DNA of 64,000 nucleotides from the human T2T-CHM13v2.0 reference genome, Homo sapiens. Below are positions 1 through 14,879 of this stretch, piece by piece. The notes under the pieces are model-generated. The model was not told the DNA's origin. It saw only the letters and a program-made list of their open reading frames with translations, and did not search any database. The position numbers were made by a program, and so were the translations under genes. Numbering within the stretch: position 1 is the stretch's first letter; every line of letters starts with the position of its first letter. The DNA lies in NCBI RefSeq assembly GCF_009914755.1, contig NC_060933.1. One strand, written 5' to 3'.

Positions 1-57
1 TTGCAGATTACATTTCAACATGTGATTTGAGTGGGAACAGAGATCCAAACCATATCA
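1..57 (-). mobile_element. MaLR (MST/THE1-type) LTR 5' end, cut by the window edge
   Basis: '...tttcaacatgtgatttgagtgggaacagagatccaaaccatatca' is the reverse complement of the MST/THE1 LTR start TGATATGGTTTGG... Confidence 0.75.
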
Positions 58-1204
58 TCATCATTAGTGGAAAGGAACAGGTAGAGATAAGCCTATGCCA
101 TCTTGTCTGGGCTGGAAGTTTGTGTTTGTTTTTTTTAACTGGAATATGTTTTCCTCAGTTTTAATTTGCAAAGAATTATAAATTATAAAAACACTTTGGC
201 TAAGAGTTAGTTTTTTGAAAATTAAGACTCTAAACTGTTTAGAAACAGTTTAGAAACAGTTTAGAGTTTGGTGAAACAACCCAAGTGTTTCGACAGATTC
301 TTGGTTTCTTCAAGATGCTTTGGACCACTGACAGTGTCACTAATTTGTGGGGTGCCCCCTCACTATACTGTAAGAAAACATCTTTAAAGTAGGGGAATAT
401 GCATCTGAACATTATTAAAAATTAGGTAAAGGAGTGCTATTATTACACTGTGGTTTTTAGATAACTTGCTTACTTCCAGGAGTTCCTTTAAACTTACCAG
501 GTCTGAGGAAATATAAATGAATAAGACACTAAGATATACGTTGTGTCCTTGAATAGCTAATAATGTAGTAGGTCAGAGAAAGAAACTCATAAATAGTATA
601 CATAAACAAAAAACGGGACAAGAAATGAAAAGTGAGAGCATAGAGTAAGATAAAAACCTCAAAGTGTAGAAAGATGAAGGAGAAACGTGAAATGGAGAAA
701 CAGAATAATAGGTAGGCCTCAAAAGAGCCTTGTTCCATAAACCAGTCCCTGAGCAGGGCAGTGCAGCAGATTTTACAAGCCTGTATAAAACTCATTAATT
801 ACGCACTCAGCATTTATTTTTTCCAAAAGTTTATAGAATGGGAGAAAATAATTTGCCAAATGCTCACTATATACAAAACATGCTATCCTGAGGTTTAATT
901 TAGGTTACATCTATTCAGGACAACAAATATATTTATTTTAAAAAATCTAACTAAATTTTTCCTGTTTTGAAATTCTGGAACATATTTATCCCTAAGATTT
1001 TATTCTAAAATTTACTCTCCAAAGTCTTGAGAACATTTCTGTAAGTATTGTTTTCATTTCCTTCCAATATGTAAGATGTTGCTGAGTGAAGAAAGAGAAG
1101 GTCCAGACATCTTATTCAAGACCATACAGTTCACCAGCTACATCTTTCATTTCTTCATTACTGTCATTTACTAGCACTGCCACCATTATTTCCCCAAACA
1201 GCTG

Positions 1205-1208
<4 letters not shown>

Positions 1209-1241
<33 letters not shown>

Positions 1242-1252
1242 TATATATATAT
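1209..1252. repeat. (CA)n followed by (TA)n microsatellite
   Basis: Seen directly. Confidence 0.95.
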
Positions 1253-1529
1253 TTTTAAATTTGTGTGTGTAATTTTATATATATTACATTGTATTATATA
1301 TTAATTATATACATACTATGCACCCAGAACTTTAAAAATGCATAAACTATCACTTTAATGATCCTTTCCTTTGGTTAAGAAGCAGTTGGTATGGGCAGAC
1401 ACAGCCATGAGTAAGACTTTGCATGTGAGTTATTTAGTCTTTTTATATCTCAATTTTCTCAATCATTTTTCTCAATTCTTTAGTCTCCCCACATGTTAGA
1501 ATTAAACTCTGTGCCTGTGCTATGTGAAT

Positions 1530-1948
1530 TATTATGTTCCTTCATAATAGTGAAAGCAGTATATTCCCTTCAAGTTAATATTGAACTAGACTGCATCACT
1601 TTCTTTGGCCAGTGTAATTCGGGCATGAAAGAAAGATAAGGTGCCAGTTCCAGGCCACAACCTAAAATATCATTGCATGCTTCTGTTTGCTCTATTGTAC
1701 TCTGTAATTACTGGAAGAATATGCTAGGAAAAGTATCAATCCTAGAATCATGAGGGGCACGTACAGCAAACCTGATCCCAAACTCTAGTCTAGCCTCACC
1801 AACCTAAAGCAGACCAGACCAGCTGAGTTGGCCTCGCTTAATGACCTGAAAACTCACATGCATGAAAAGCCAGGCTTATTGTAATAACTCATTACATTTG
1901 GGGATGATTTGTTACCTGGAATTATTGTGAAAGCAGCTGACTAATATG
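1530..1948 (+). mobile_element. Old MaLR LTR (MLT1H/I/J-like)
   Basis: Contains 'tttctttggccagtg...gtgccagttccaggcc' and the MLT1 3' end 'tttggggatgatttgttac...gcagctgactaata'. Boundaries approximate. Confidence 0.6.
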
Positions 1949-1977
1949 CACTTCAAAGAGTTATAAAAATGAACTGC

Positions 1978-2095
1978 TTATATATCTATGTATATATATC
2001 TATGTATATATATCTATGTCTATATACACACATATATCTGTATATATATATCTATGTGTATATATATGTATGTCTATATACACGCATATAATAAA
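1978..2095. repeat. (TA)-rich low-complexity tandem repeat
   Basis: Repeated tatatatctatg-type units. Confidence 0.9.
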
Positions 2096-2768
2096 AATAC
2101 ATTTATAAATAGAACATTATTGGTCAAATCAGAGTAGCTTTGGAGGAAAAGTGAATACTTTTAAAGATATAATGTAATCATTATATATTTGGCTTAATTT
2201 TATATGTGCAAAACAATTATAATTGGAACACTGAATCACTATGCTAAATAGAGTGTACAAATCAGATAAATTAATGATAATCCAATAGATCTTTTGGTGA
2301 TGAAGAAATAAACTTAAGCATTAAGACAATGCCATCAACTTGGTGGTATTGTTCCCTTCCAGTTTTTTAACTGAATGTGGTAATCAAACAGAATTATTTT
2401 CTCCCGAGACTGGACCCAGCCCCAAACTTCCCAATATCCTAAACCGCAACACATGTATCATAAATAGCACAAGTAAAAACTTTTTTCCATTCTGGGTGGA
2501 AAATATTATTGGTTCTTTTTTTTTTTCATTTCTGATTTTATTTTTTTATTTTTTTTATTTTTTATTATACTTTAAGTTCAAAGGTACATGTGCACAACGT
2601 GCAGGTTTGTTACATATGTATACATGTGCCATGTTGGTGTGCTGCACCCATTAACTCGTCATTTAACATTAGGTATATCTCCTAATGCTATCCCTCTCCG
2701 CTCCCCACACCCCACAAAAGGCCCCAGTGTGGGATGGTCCCCTTCCTGTGTGCATGTGTTCTCATTGT

Positions 2769-6585
<3,817 letters not shown>

Positions 6586-6648
6586 TATGATGTTAGCTAG
6601 TTATTTTGCTCGTTAGTTGATGCGGTTTCTTCCTAGCCGTGATGGTCT

Positions 6649-7664
6649 TTACAATCTGGCATGTTTTTGCAGTGGCTGGTACTGGTTGTTCCTTTCCATG
6701 TTTAGTGCTTCCTTCAGGAGCTCTTGTAGGGCAGGCCTGGTGGTGACAAAATCTCTCAGCATTTGCTTGTCTGTAAAGTATTTTATTTCTCCTTCACTTA
6801 TGAAGCTTAGTTTGGCTGGATAGGAAATTCTGGGTTGAAAATTATTTTCTTTAAGAACGTTGAATATTGGCCCCCACTCTCTTCTGGCTTGTATGGTTTC
6901 TGCTGAGAGATCAGCTGTTAGTCTGATGGGCTTCCCTTTGTGGGTAACCTGACCTTTCTCTCTGGCCGTCCTTAACATTTTTTCTGTCATTTCAACTTTG
7001 GTGAATCTGACAGTTATGTGTCTTGGAGTTGCTCTTCTTGAGGAGTATCCTTGTGGCGTTCTCTGTATTTCCTGAATTTGAATGTTGGCCTGCCTTGCTA
7101 GATTGGGGAAGTTCTCCTTGATAATATCCTGCAGAGTGTTTTTCAACTTGGTCCCATTCTCCCCGTCACTTTCAGGTACACCAATTAGATGTAGATTTGG
7201 TCCTTTCACATAGTCCCCTGTTTCTTGGAGGCTTTGTTTGTTTCTTGTTATTCTTTCTTCTCTAATCTTCTCTTCTCCCTTCATTTCATTTATTTGAACT
7301 TCCATCACTTATACCCTTTCTTCCCATTGATCGAATCAGCTACTGAGGTTTGTGCATTCATCACGTAGTTCTCATGCCATGGTTTTCAGCTCCATCAGGC
7401 CTTTAAGGACTTCTCTGCATTGGTTATTCTAGCTAGCCATTCATCTAATCTTTTTTCAAGGTTTTTAACTTCTTTGCCGTGGGTTGGAACTTCCTCCTTT
7501 AGGTCGGAGTAGTTTGATCGTCTGAAGCCTTCTTCTCTCAACTTGTCAAAGTCATTCTCCCTCCAGCTTTGTTCAGTTGCTGGTGAGGAGCTGTGTTCCT
7601 TTGGAGGAGGAGAGGCACTCTGATTTTTAGATTTTTCAGTGTTTCTGCTCTGTTTTTTCCCCAT
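6649..7664 (-). pseudogene. L1 ORF1p, disrupted
   Basis: MGKKQSRN... (7395-7664) and ...RQANIQIQEIQRTP...YPAKLSF...ALNM (6649-7308) are in separate ORFs. Confidence 0.95.
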
Positions 7665-8660
7665 CTTCTTTGTGTTTTTTATCTACCTTTGGTCTTTGAT
7701 GATGGTGACGTACAGATGGGGTTTTTGTGTCAATGTCCCTTCTGTTTGTTAGTTTTCCTTCTAACAGTCAGGGTTAGAAGGGAACAGCTGCAGGTCTGTT
7801 GGAGTTTTCCGGAGGTCCTCTCCTACCCTGTTTGCCTGGATATCAGCAGTGGAGGCTGCAGAACAGCAGATATTGGTGAACAGCAAGTGTTGCTGCCTGA
7901 TCGTTCCTCTGGAAGTTTTGTCTCAGAGGAGTACCCGGCCATGTGAGGTGTCAGTCTGCCCCTACTTGGGGGTGCCTCCCAGTTAGGTTACTTGAGGAGG
8001 CAGTCTGTCCATTCTCAGATCTCAAGCTGCATGCTGGGAGAACCACTACTCTCTTCAAAGCTGTCAGACAGGGACATTTAAGTCTGCAGACGTTTCTGCT
8101 GCCTTTTGTTTGGCTATGCCCTGCCCCTAGAGGTGGAGTCTACAGAGGCAGGCAGGCCTCCTTCAGCTGTGGTGGGCTCCACCCAGTTCGAGCTTCCCAG
8201 CCACTTTGTTTACCTACTCACACCCTGGCAATGGCGGGCGCCTGTCTCCAGCCTGGTTGCTGCCTTGCAGTTTGATCTCAGACTGCTGTGCTAGCACTGA
8301 GTGAGGCTCTGTGGGCGTAGGATCCTCTGAGCCAGGCACGGGATATAATCTTCTGGTGTGCCGTTTGCTAAGACTGTTGGAAAAGCGCAGTATTAGTGTG
8401 GGAGTGACCCAATTATCCAGGTGCCATCTGTCACCCCTTTCCTTGGCTAGGAAAGGGAATTCCCCGACCCCTTGTGCTTCCTGGGTGAGGCAATGCCTCA
8501 CCCTGCTTCAGCTCAGGCTGGGTGCACTGCACCCACTGTTCTGCACCCACTTCCGACAGTCCCCAGTGAGATGCACCTGGTACCTCAGTTGGAAATGCAG
8601 AAATCATTCATCTTCTGCATCACTCATGCTGGGAGCTGTAGACTGGAGCTGTTCCTATTC

Positions 8661-8670
8661 GGCCATCTTG
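8661..8670 (-). promoter_or_regulatory. YY1 site of the L1 5' UTR promoter
   Basis: CAAGATGGCC is intact on the minus strand near the L1 5' end. Confidence 0.8.
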
Positions 8671-8789
8671 GCTCCACCTCTTCCTATTGTTGGTTCTTAA
8701 GAGACAAACCAGGCCTGTTACGTTCCCTCCCTCCTTAATTCAATGGAAGAACATCAAATCCAATTCGTTATCAAGACAGACATATTTTA

Positions 8790-9630
8790 AAAGATATAAT
8801 TTTTGTTCTTTTAAAGACACTATTAAGAAAATGAAAAACTCATCCACTCAGAGAACTTAATTGCTGAACATGGATATGATAACAGATTTGTATCCAGGAA
8901 ATATAAAGAATCCTCAAAAATAAGAATAAAAATAATTTAAAATGGGCAAAAGATGTGAAGGGGCAGTTCACTAAAAAAAAATATACAGATGGCATGAAAA
9001 CACATAAAAAATCCTCAATATTATTATTCCTTATAACAACACAAAAAGCACAATGAGATATTACAACAAAAATTAGAATGGTAGAAGTGAAGAAAAAAAT
9101 GAGAATACTATGTGCTAATGAGTATGTAAAACAATCAGAATTCTTAAACACTGCTCACCAGGATATAAAATAGTGGAAAAAAATAGTTTGTAAATTTCTT
9201 CTAAAACAAACATGCATTTACTACATAATCCAGCATTTGCACAACTAGATCTTTAACTAGAAGAAATAAAAATTTATGTTCACACACACAAATATGTGGA
9301 TATGTGTAGTTGTTTTATGTATAATTGGCCCAAACTGCAAACTGGTGAATGAATAAACAAAATGTGGTAGATTCTTTTTCTTTTTTGTGATTTAAAAGAG
9401 ATTTTAATTAATTACTTTGTGCTTTTGATAAAGCCGCATTGAGCCATTCGTTATTAATCATTTTTACATAAGTGTAATGCATGTATTTATTAGATTCTTA
9501 ACAAACACTGGAAAAATCACTTGACAATAAAACAGAACAAACTACTGATACATACAAAAACATGGATCAATACAAATGCATAATGCTAAGGGAAAGAAAC
9601 CACACTCAAATACCTGTATGCCGTATATTT
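8790..9630 (+). mobile_element. Ancient L1M (ORF2 3' end/3' UTR), interrupted at 9377-9490
   Basis: 'aaaatgggcaaaagatgtgaag...tatacagatggc', 'gaataaacaaaatgtggta' and 'cataatgctaagggaaagaaaccacactcaaa' match L1M 3' region motifs. Confidence 0.75.
9377..9490 (-). pseudogene. Short retroposed polyadenylated 3'-end fragment of unknown source
   Basis: 9-bp TSD tagattctt at 9368-9376 and 9491-9499, TT|AAGA site, ATTAAA 16 nt before an A-rich tail on the minus strand; interrupts the L1M. Confidence 0.6.
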
Positions 9631-10474
9631 GTCAAGCAAATTTTCTGAACAATTAAGTGCCTAGAAAAATACCTGCAGCATTCTCTCATTAATATCAAAC
9701 TCTTTCCCTAACACAACACCACACAGTACTTCAAGGGAGTGTTATGATGGTCAAATGTAATAATAGATTGAGTAAAAATGTAATAATGTGAAGTGTATAA
9801 ATACTCTCTTGCTGTGTAAAGCTCTATTTAAAGATGGCAAGACAAAAAGGATGCTGGCTTTTGAGTAAAGAGACCTTGACCAGTAGCACAACTTTTGTTG
9901 TCAACCAGCTAAACTACCATGGACAAGACTTAGTGTCTCTCTGGACTTCTATTGTAAAGTGAGATGTTCTAAATTTAGCTTCAAATTCAGAAAAATTATT
10001 TACTTTATATGAACTTTGAAGCATATTCTGTAATTCATACATGCCAAGTGTACCATTTTAGATATTGTGTTACTTATCTCTCATTGAAAACATATCATAA
10101 CTGGACACCTAATTAGAAAATTTAATAATAAGATTAATAAAATATAAACTGGCTCAAAGATTCCATGTTCAAAGAGTTCATTGGTGGAATATACCAATAA
10201 ATGATATATATGATTAAAACATTTTGGTTCTTGTCAGCACATTATAGAGCAACATAGACTTTGTTTTGCTTAGGCTTTTATCAAAAAAGGAATGCTATTG
10301 TGAATAAACAAAAATAAATGTATATTGGAAACTTTTTCATTGCTAAGTGTGGGTTTTTCATTTTGTTGTTGTTAGTAGAGTTGGTATTGTTTTTGCACTC
10401 ATAAAATTCTGTAACATTAACTTGTTATGTTATATTTTTCTCAACTCTAAGATCTATAAAAACAGTGTCATAAA

Positions 10475-10509
10475 ATATACATACATATGTGTATGCATAT
10501 ACATATATG

Positions 10510-10550
<41 letters not shown>
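10475..10550. repeat. (TA)n / TATG microsatellite
   Basis: Seen directly. Confidence 0.95.
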
Positions 10551-10558
<8 letters not shown>

Positions 10559-12629
10559 TCCCAGCTAGGTATTGTCTTATACTTAATACTTGCTTGATAG
10601 ATGTGCATAGGTTGATTGATTCAAATTTATATGTCTGTGTAATAAATCTTACTTTTTAGAATACTGATCTATGATTTGTTTCAAATTATAAATAGGCTAG
10701 ATAAAAACAACAAGCTCCTAAATTTTACTGCAGAATAACAAACTCTGCTTTAAATTACTTGAGATTAAAATGAACTGTATTCAATTACAGTTATTCATAG
10801 ACTTCTAGGTCTATTATACAGTCCAGTGTAAGTTTAATTGTCTTATAATGATACAAGTAGAGGTTCATAGAGATAATTCTAATACATCTTCCTGAGACAA
10901 TTACTGTCCATTGTCCATTAGCCAGAAAGAAGTAAGTTTCCACTTTCATCACTCATAACTTTTGATTCTAGAAGGATGGTGGGAGCAAAGGACAAAATCT
11001 AATGCTCATGAGTCATCCTATTTGTTTCTTCTTTGGCTGAGCTCCAGACCCTAAGAAAAGCAAAAGCTCATCATAGTTCTAAGATTGTCCCCTTCTTCCC
11101 ACTCCATAATCAATTACACATTACTAATAATAAGCATGATGTCTTGCTTTCACTCAGTCTGAGTGACCAGTTAGGTTCTATAGGCGATCTCTTTGACACA
11201 TGGCAGTGGTCAAGTTGGCATCTTGATTCACTGTCCAGGGAATTACAAGCTGACCTAATCAGCTGATGTGATTAGTTAAAAGTATGCAAACAATATTACT
11301 CCATTCCTTTAATTTGGCTTAATTATTACATTTGTTATTTAGAAATTTTAGATAAATTATAAGGTGAACTGAAAAGCTGCTCTTAGTTCCTTTTCATTAT
11401 AATGTTAGTTTTTTGATATAATCTTAAACAAAATTCAAATAAAAAATATAGTTATCAAATGTTTAATGCTTTTCCATGTATGGCAGTTATTAAAATAAAT
11501 TGATTACACAAAACACATCTTCAGTGAAAAACTGTAGTCAAGAAACTTGGTAATGTCAGTAGATTACAGCACTGCACTATGAGATGAGTAAAAGTGTAAT
11601 TTGAAGAGCAAGCAATTCACATTTTGGAATATCAGCGCAAAGGATTTTCTGGCTCATAATAATACAAATGTCCAGATTGCATTTCAAGACATGACCTTTG
11701 TTATGCATAAGTACTTTTTGCAAGAAATAACTTTTGCACATAAAATTTTATGTATTTTCAGGGTTGATTTGACTACAATAAATCTTTTACTAAATAAGCC
11801 TTAATATCAGTGGGGAGAGCACAAGTGAATAAAGTCAGAATATTCCTTAGCAAATCCATGAATGTATTAAATGGGTAACAGTAATTTATTTTTTCCACAA
11901 TCTAGCCCGGGATAGACACTATGATTTGTTTCAACCAAACTCTTTAATTTATAAAATATACATTCTCAAAATGTAATATGATTTAAAAACCTTCCCATTT
12001 TCTTTTAGTCTTTGGAAGTATAACATAGGTGAAGAACATGGATGTAGGTATTGGATGGTTATTTAAATGCTTTTTCCAATTTCCTGACCTTGAGCAAACA
12101 TGTAAATAGTTACTTTACTTGGAGAAAGATTATAGAATGTCAACTGCACAGTATTCTTGTTAGAACAGTGCTGGCATTTGTAAGGTGCCTAGGACTGCTT
12201 CAGGCTTACAGTAGGTACCCAATAAATGACATTTACTCCCTTTACCTCATATATTACCCAGGTTTACAGATCTGTTCACGTAAGACTGCTGTGTAAGTGT
12301 TGTAACTTATTACAGAGTACATTTTTTTGTCAGTTGGCTGAGAAAGCAGGAGTTACTGACACATATTGCTGGAATAATTCTTATCCTTTTAACTATGAAA
12401 AAAAAAGAACCGTTATAATTCTCAGCTGAAAATATGTGAGAAAATCTGGGGAGTCCAAGCATCTCTGTCCTGGATCAATTACGAGCATTTATGCCTGTCC
12501 TTTTCTTCACCTTCCTTTGGTCTTTAACATACAGTCACAGAATTAGGGTCACCCCAAGTAGTAGGAAAATATGAAAAGGGCAAGCAATCCTTGCCCTGGA
12601 AGCATCATCTTTTTGAGGCCCCAGTTACC

Positions 12630-13013
12630 TGGAAGTATGAGGCTGGGCTTCCCAATAAGCAGATCAGCATGCAGGAAATTTATTATGAGGTCTCTTAAAA
12701 TCAATTTCAGATGAAGGAAAGAGAGGAGAATGAAGGGGAGGGGAAGAGGTGGGTGAATAAATAGGATGAGAAGGAGACTAGACCAGGCAGTGGGTTGAGC
12801 AGCAACTTCTTTCATGGGAAGCATCAGTTGACCCTATAAAAAAAGATCTACCTGTCTTATGTTGGGGTCACATGATTAGTTATTTACATGCCTGCAATGG
12901 TCAGTCATTGGATGCAGAATCCTTGACAAGGAGAACAGTCTTGTCAGCTACCAGGGAAGAATAAGTCCTTCATTACTGAAAGGGGATCTGTATGGTACAT
13001 CAATCACCAACCA
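12630..13013 (-). mobile_element. ERVL LTR16-family solo LTR
   Basis: Reverse complement begins ...cagatcccctttcagtaatgaaggacttattcttccc, resembling the LTR16 5' end. Far boundary approximate. Confidence 0.65.
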
Positions 13014-13981
13014 TGTCGATTTTCTGGAATGTTTTTCCCTGTATGATGCTTTAAACATTCTCAGTCCCTCAAGATATGTATACAGTGACTTTCACACATT
13101 TATTCTGCTGATTTTTTGCTGGTTCATTAGTTCAGAAGTACTGGAGTCCTCAGCATTCTTATTTACTGTCTGCTCAGAGCTTCAATATGCCTTGTTTCTC
13201 AAGAGATGGCTGGAGTTCTTCATTTTGCAACAGATGCTGAGTTAGGCCTTGCTCAAATACCTCAGTACAACCATGCTTCAACAAAACAACAAAGAACATT
13301 TTGGTGCTCTATCCTCATACCTGTCAACTAAGCATGTGTGTGTGTCTGTATGTGTGCATGTATGTGTAAAAAGAATAAATAAGAATAATTTTTCATTAGG
13401 TTTTTTTTTTAAAGATGAGTAAATCTGCCAAGGCAGTAGATGCAGAAGAGGTTGTTTCATTTATCGTTAACAGAAAGTTCAAATCTAGTATACTGTGTAT
13501 TATTTCCCAGATTGAGTCACATCACTGCTATAGAAAAGAACAATAATTTCCTATTCCACAGTGGAACAGAATGGAGATTTATATCCTTGGTAACAACTGC
13601 TACTTCTTTGTCTAATAGTCATAATTGCAATTAGTGGGCATTAGTGTTTCAACATTCCCTCCTAAAATGTTGGCCACCTGCAGCATCTAATAATTCCCTC
13701 TTTTTTGTACTTATTAAGCTGCAAGTATGGACTCAAAAATAATATTTAAACCTAAAATAAGGGAAACAAAAGTGTTCCATGGTATAGATGTGGTTTGTGC
13801 GACCTATCAGTGGAAAGCAGTAATTGGTCTCAATAGGGTGTAAACTAGAGAAGATTGGCAAAAGGCAAATGCATGTAAGAGTGTAATTGGGATAAAAGGA
13901 TTCCTATTACTTTTTCTCCTTTGTTTTCAGTTTGAAAGGCCAGGGAACTACTATTCTTCCTTCAGATTTACATGAGGACAC

Positions 13982-14344
13982 AGTATTTGTCCATTTTTAT
14001 GCTGCTGATAAAGACATACCCAAGACTGGGTAATTTATAAAGAAAAAGAGGTTTAATGGACTCACAGTTCCAGGTGGCTGGAGATGCCTCACAATCAAGG
14101 TGGAAGGCGAAAGGTCACATCTTACTTGGCAGCAGACAGAAGAACATGAGAGCCAATTGAAAGGAGTTTCCCCTTATAAAACCATCAGATGTCATGAGGC
14201 TTATTCACTACCATGAGAATAGTATGGGGGAAACCGCCCCCATGATTTAATTATCTCCCACCGACTCCCTCCCACAACATGTGGGAATTATGGGAGCTGC
14301 AATTCAAGATGAGGTCTGGGTGGGGATACAGCCAAACCGTATCA
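13982..14344 (-). mobile_element. THE1 (THE1C-like) solo LTR
   Basis: 'gctgctgataaagacatacccaagactgggtaatttataaag...gccaaaccgtatca'; perfect 5-bp TSD gacac at 13977-13981 and 14345-14349. Confidence 0.92.
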
Positions 14345-14572
14345 GACACCATAGACAAACAAGAGTCCTTTATTATAAAAGAGGTTTCTTCTCATTATAT
14401 ATCATGTTCATGACAGAATAAGTCTGAATTTTGAACAAATCAAATATTCAAAAGTATTACATTTTGGGGGGGATTGTTCAGTTGAAAGTTTTCTTAATAG
14501 TGTTATCTTCTGTCTCTAAAGAATCGCAACACATAAATCTGGTTATTCCTTATATTCATTTCTTATTTTTCT

Positions 14573-14879
14573 CTCCTTTTTTTTTTTTTTTTGGTTGAGA
14601 TGGAGTCTCGCTCTGTTGCCCAGGCTGGAGTGCAGTGGCGCGATCTCTGCTCACTGCAAGCTCTGCCTCCTGGGTTCACGCCATTCTCCTGCCTCAGCCT
14701 CCTGAGTAGCTGGGCCTACAGGCACCCACCACCACGCCTGGCTAATTTTTTTGTATTTTTAGTAGAGACGGGGTTTCACTGTGTTAGTCAGGATGGTCTC
14801 GATCTCCTGACCTTGTGATCCACCCACCTCGGCCTCCCAAAGTGCTGGGATTACAGGCATAAGCCATGGCTCCCGGCCC
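14573..14879 (-). mobile_element. AluY, full length
   Basis: AluY diagnostics gcaagctc...ttcacgccattc; perfect 16-bp TSD catttcttatttttct at 14557-14572 and 14880-14895. Confidence 0.95.

Noticed and set aside
14591-14818. ORFs over Alus (also 30548-30766, 30330-30659, 41505-41787)
   Set aside because: Standard Alu-derived reading frames with no evidence of exonisation.
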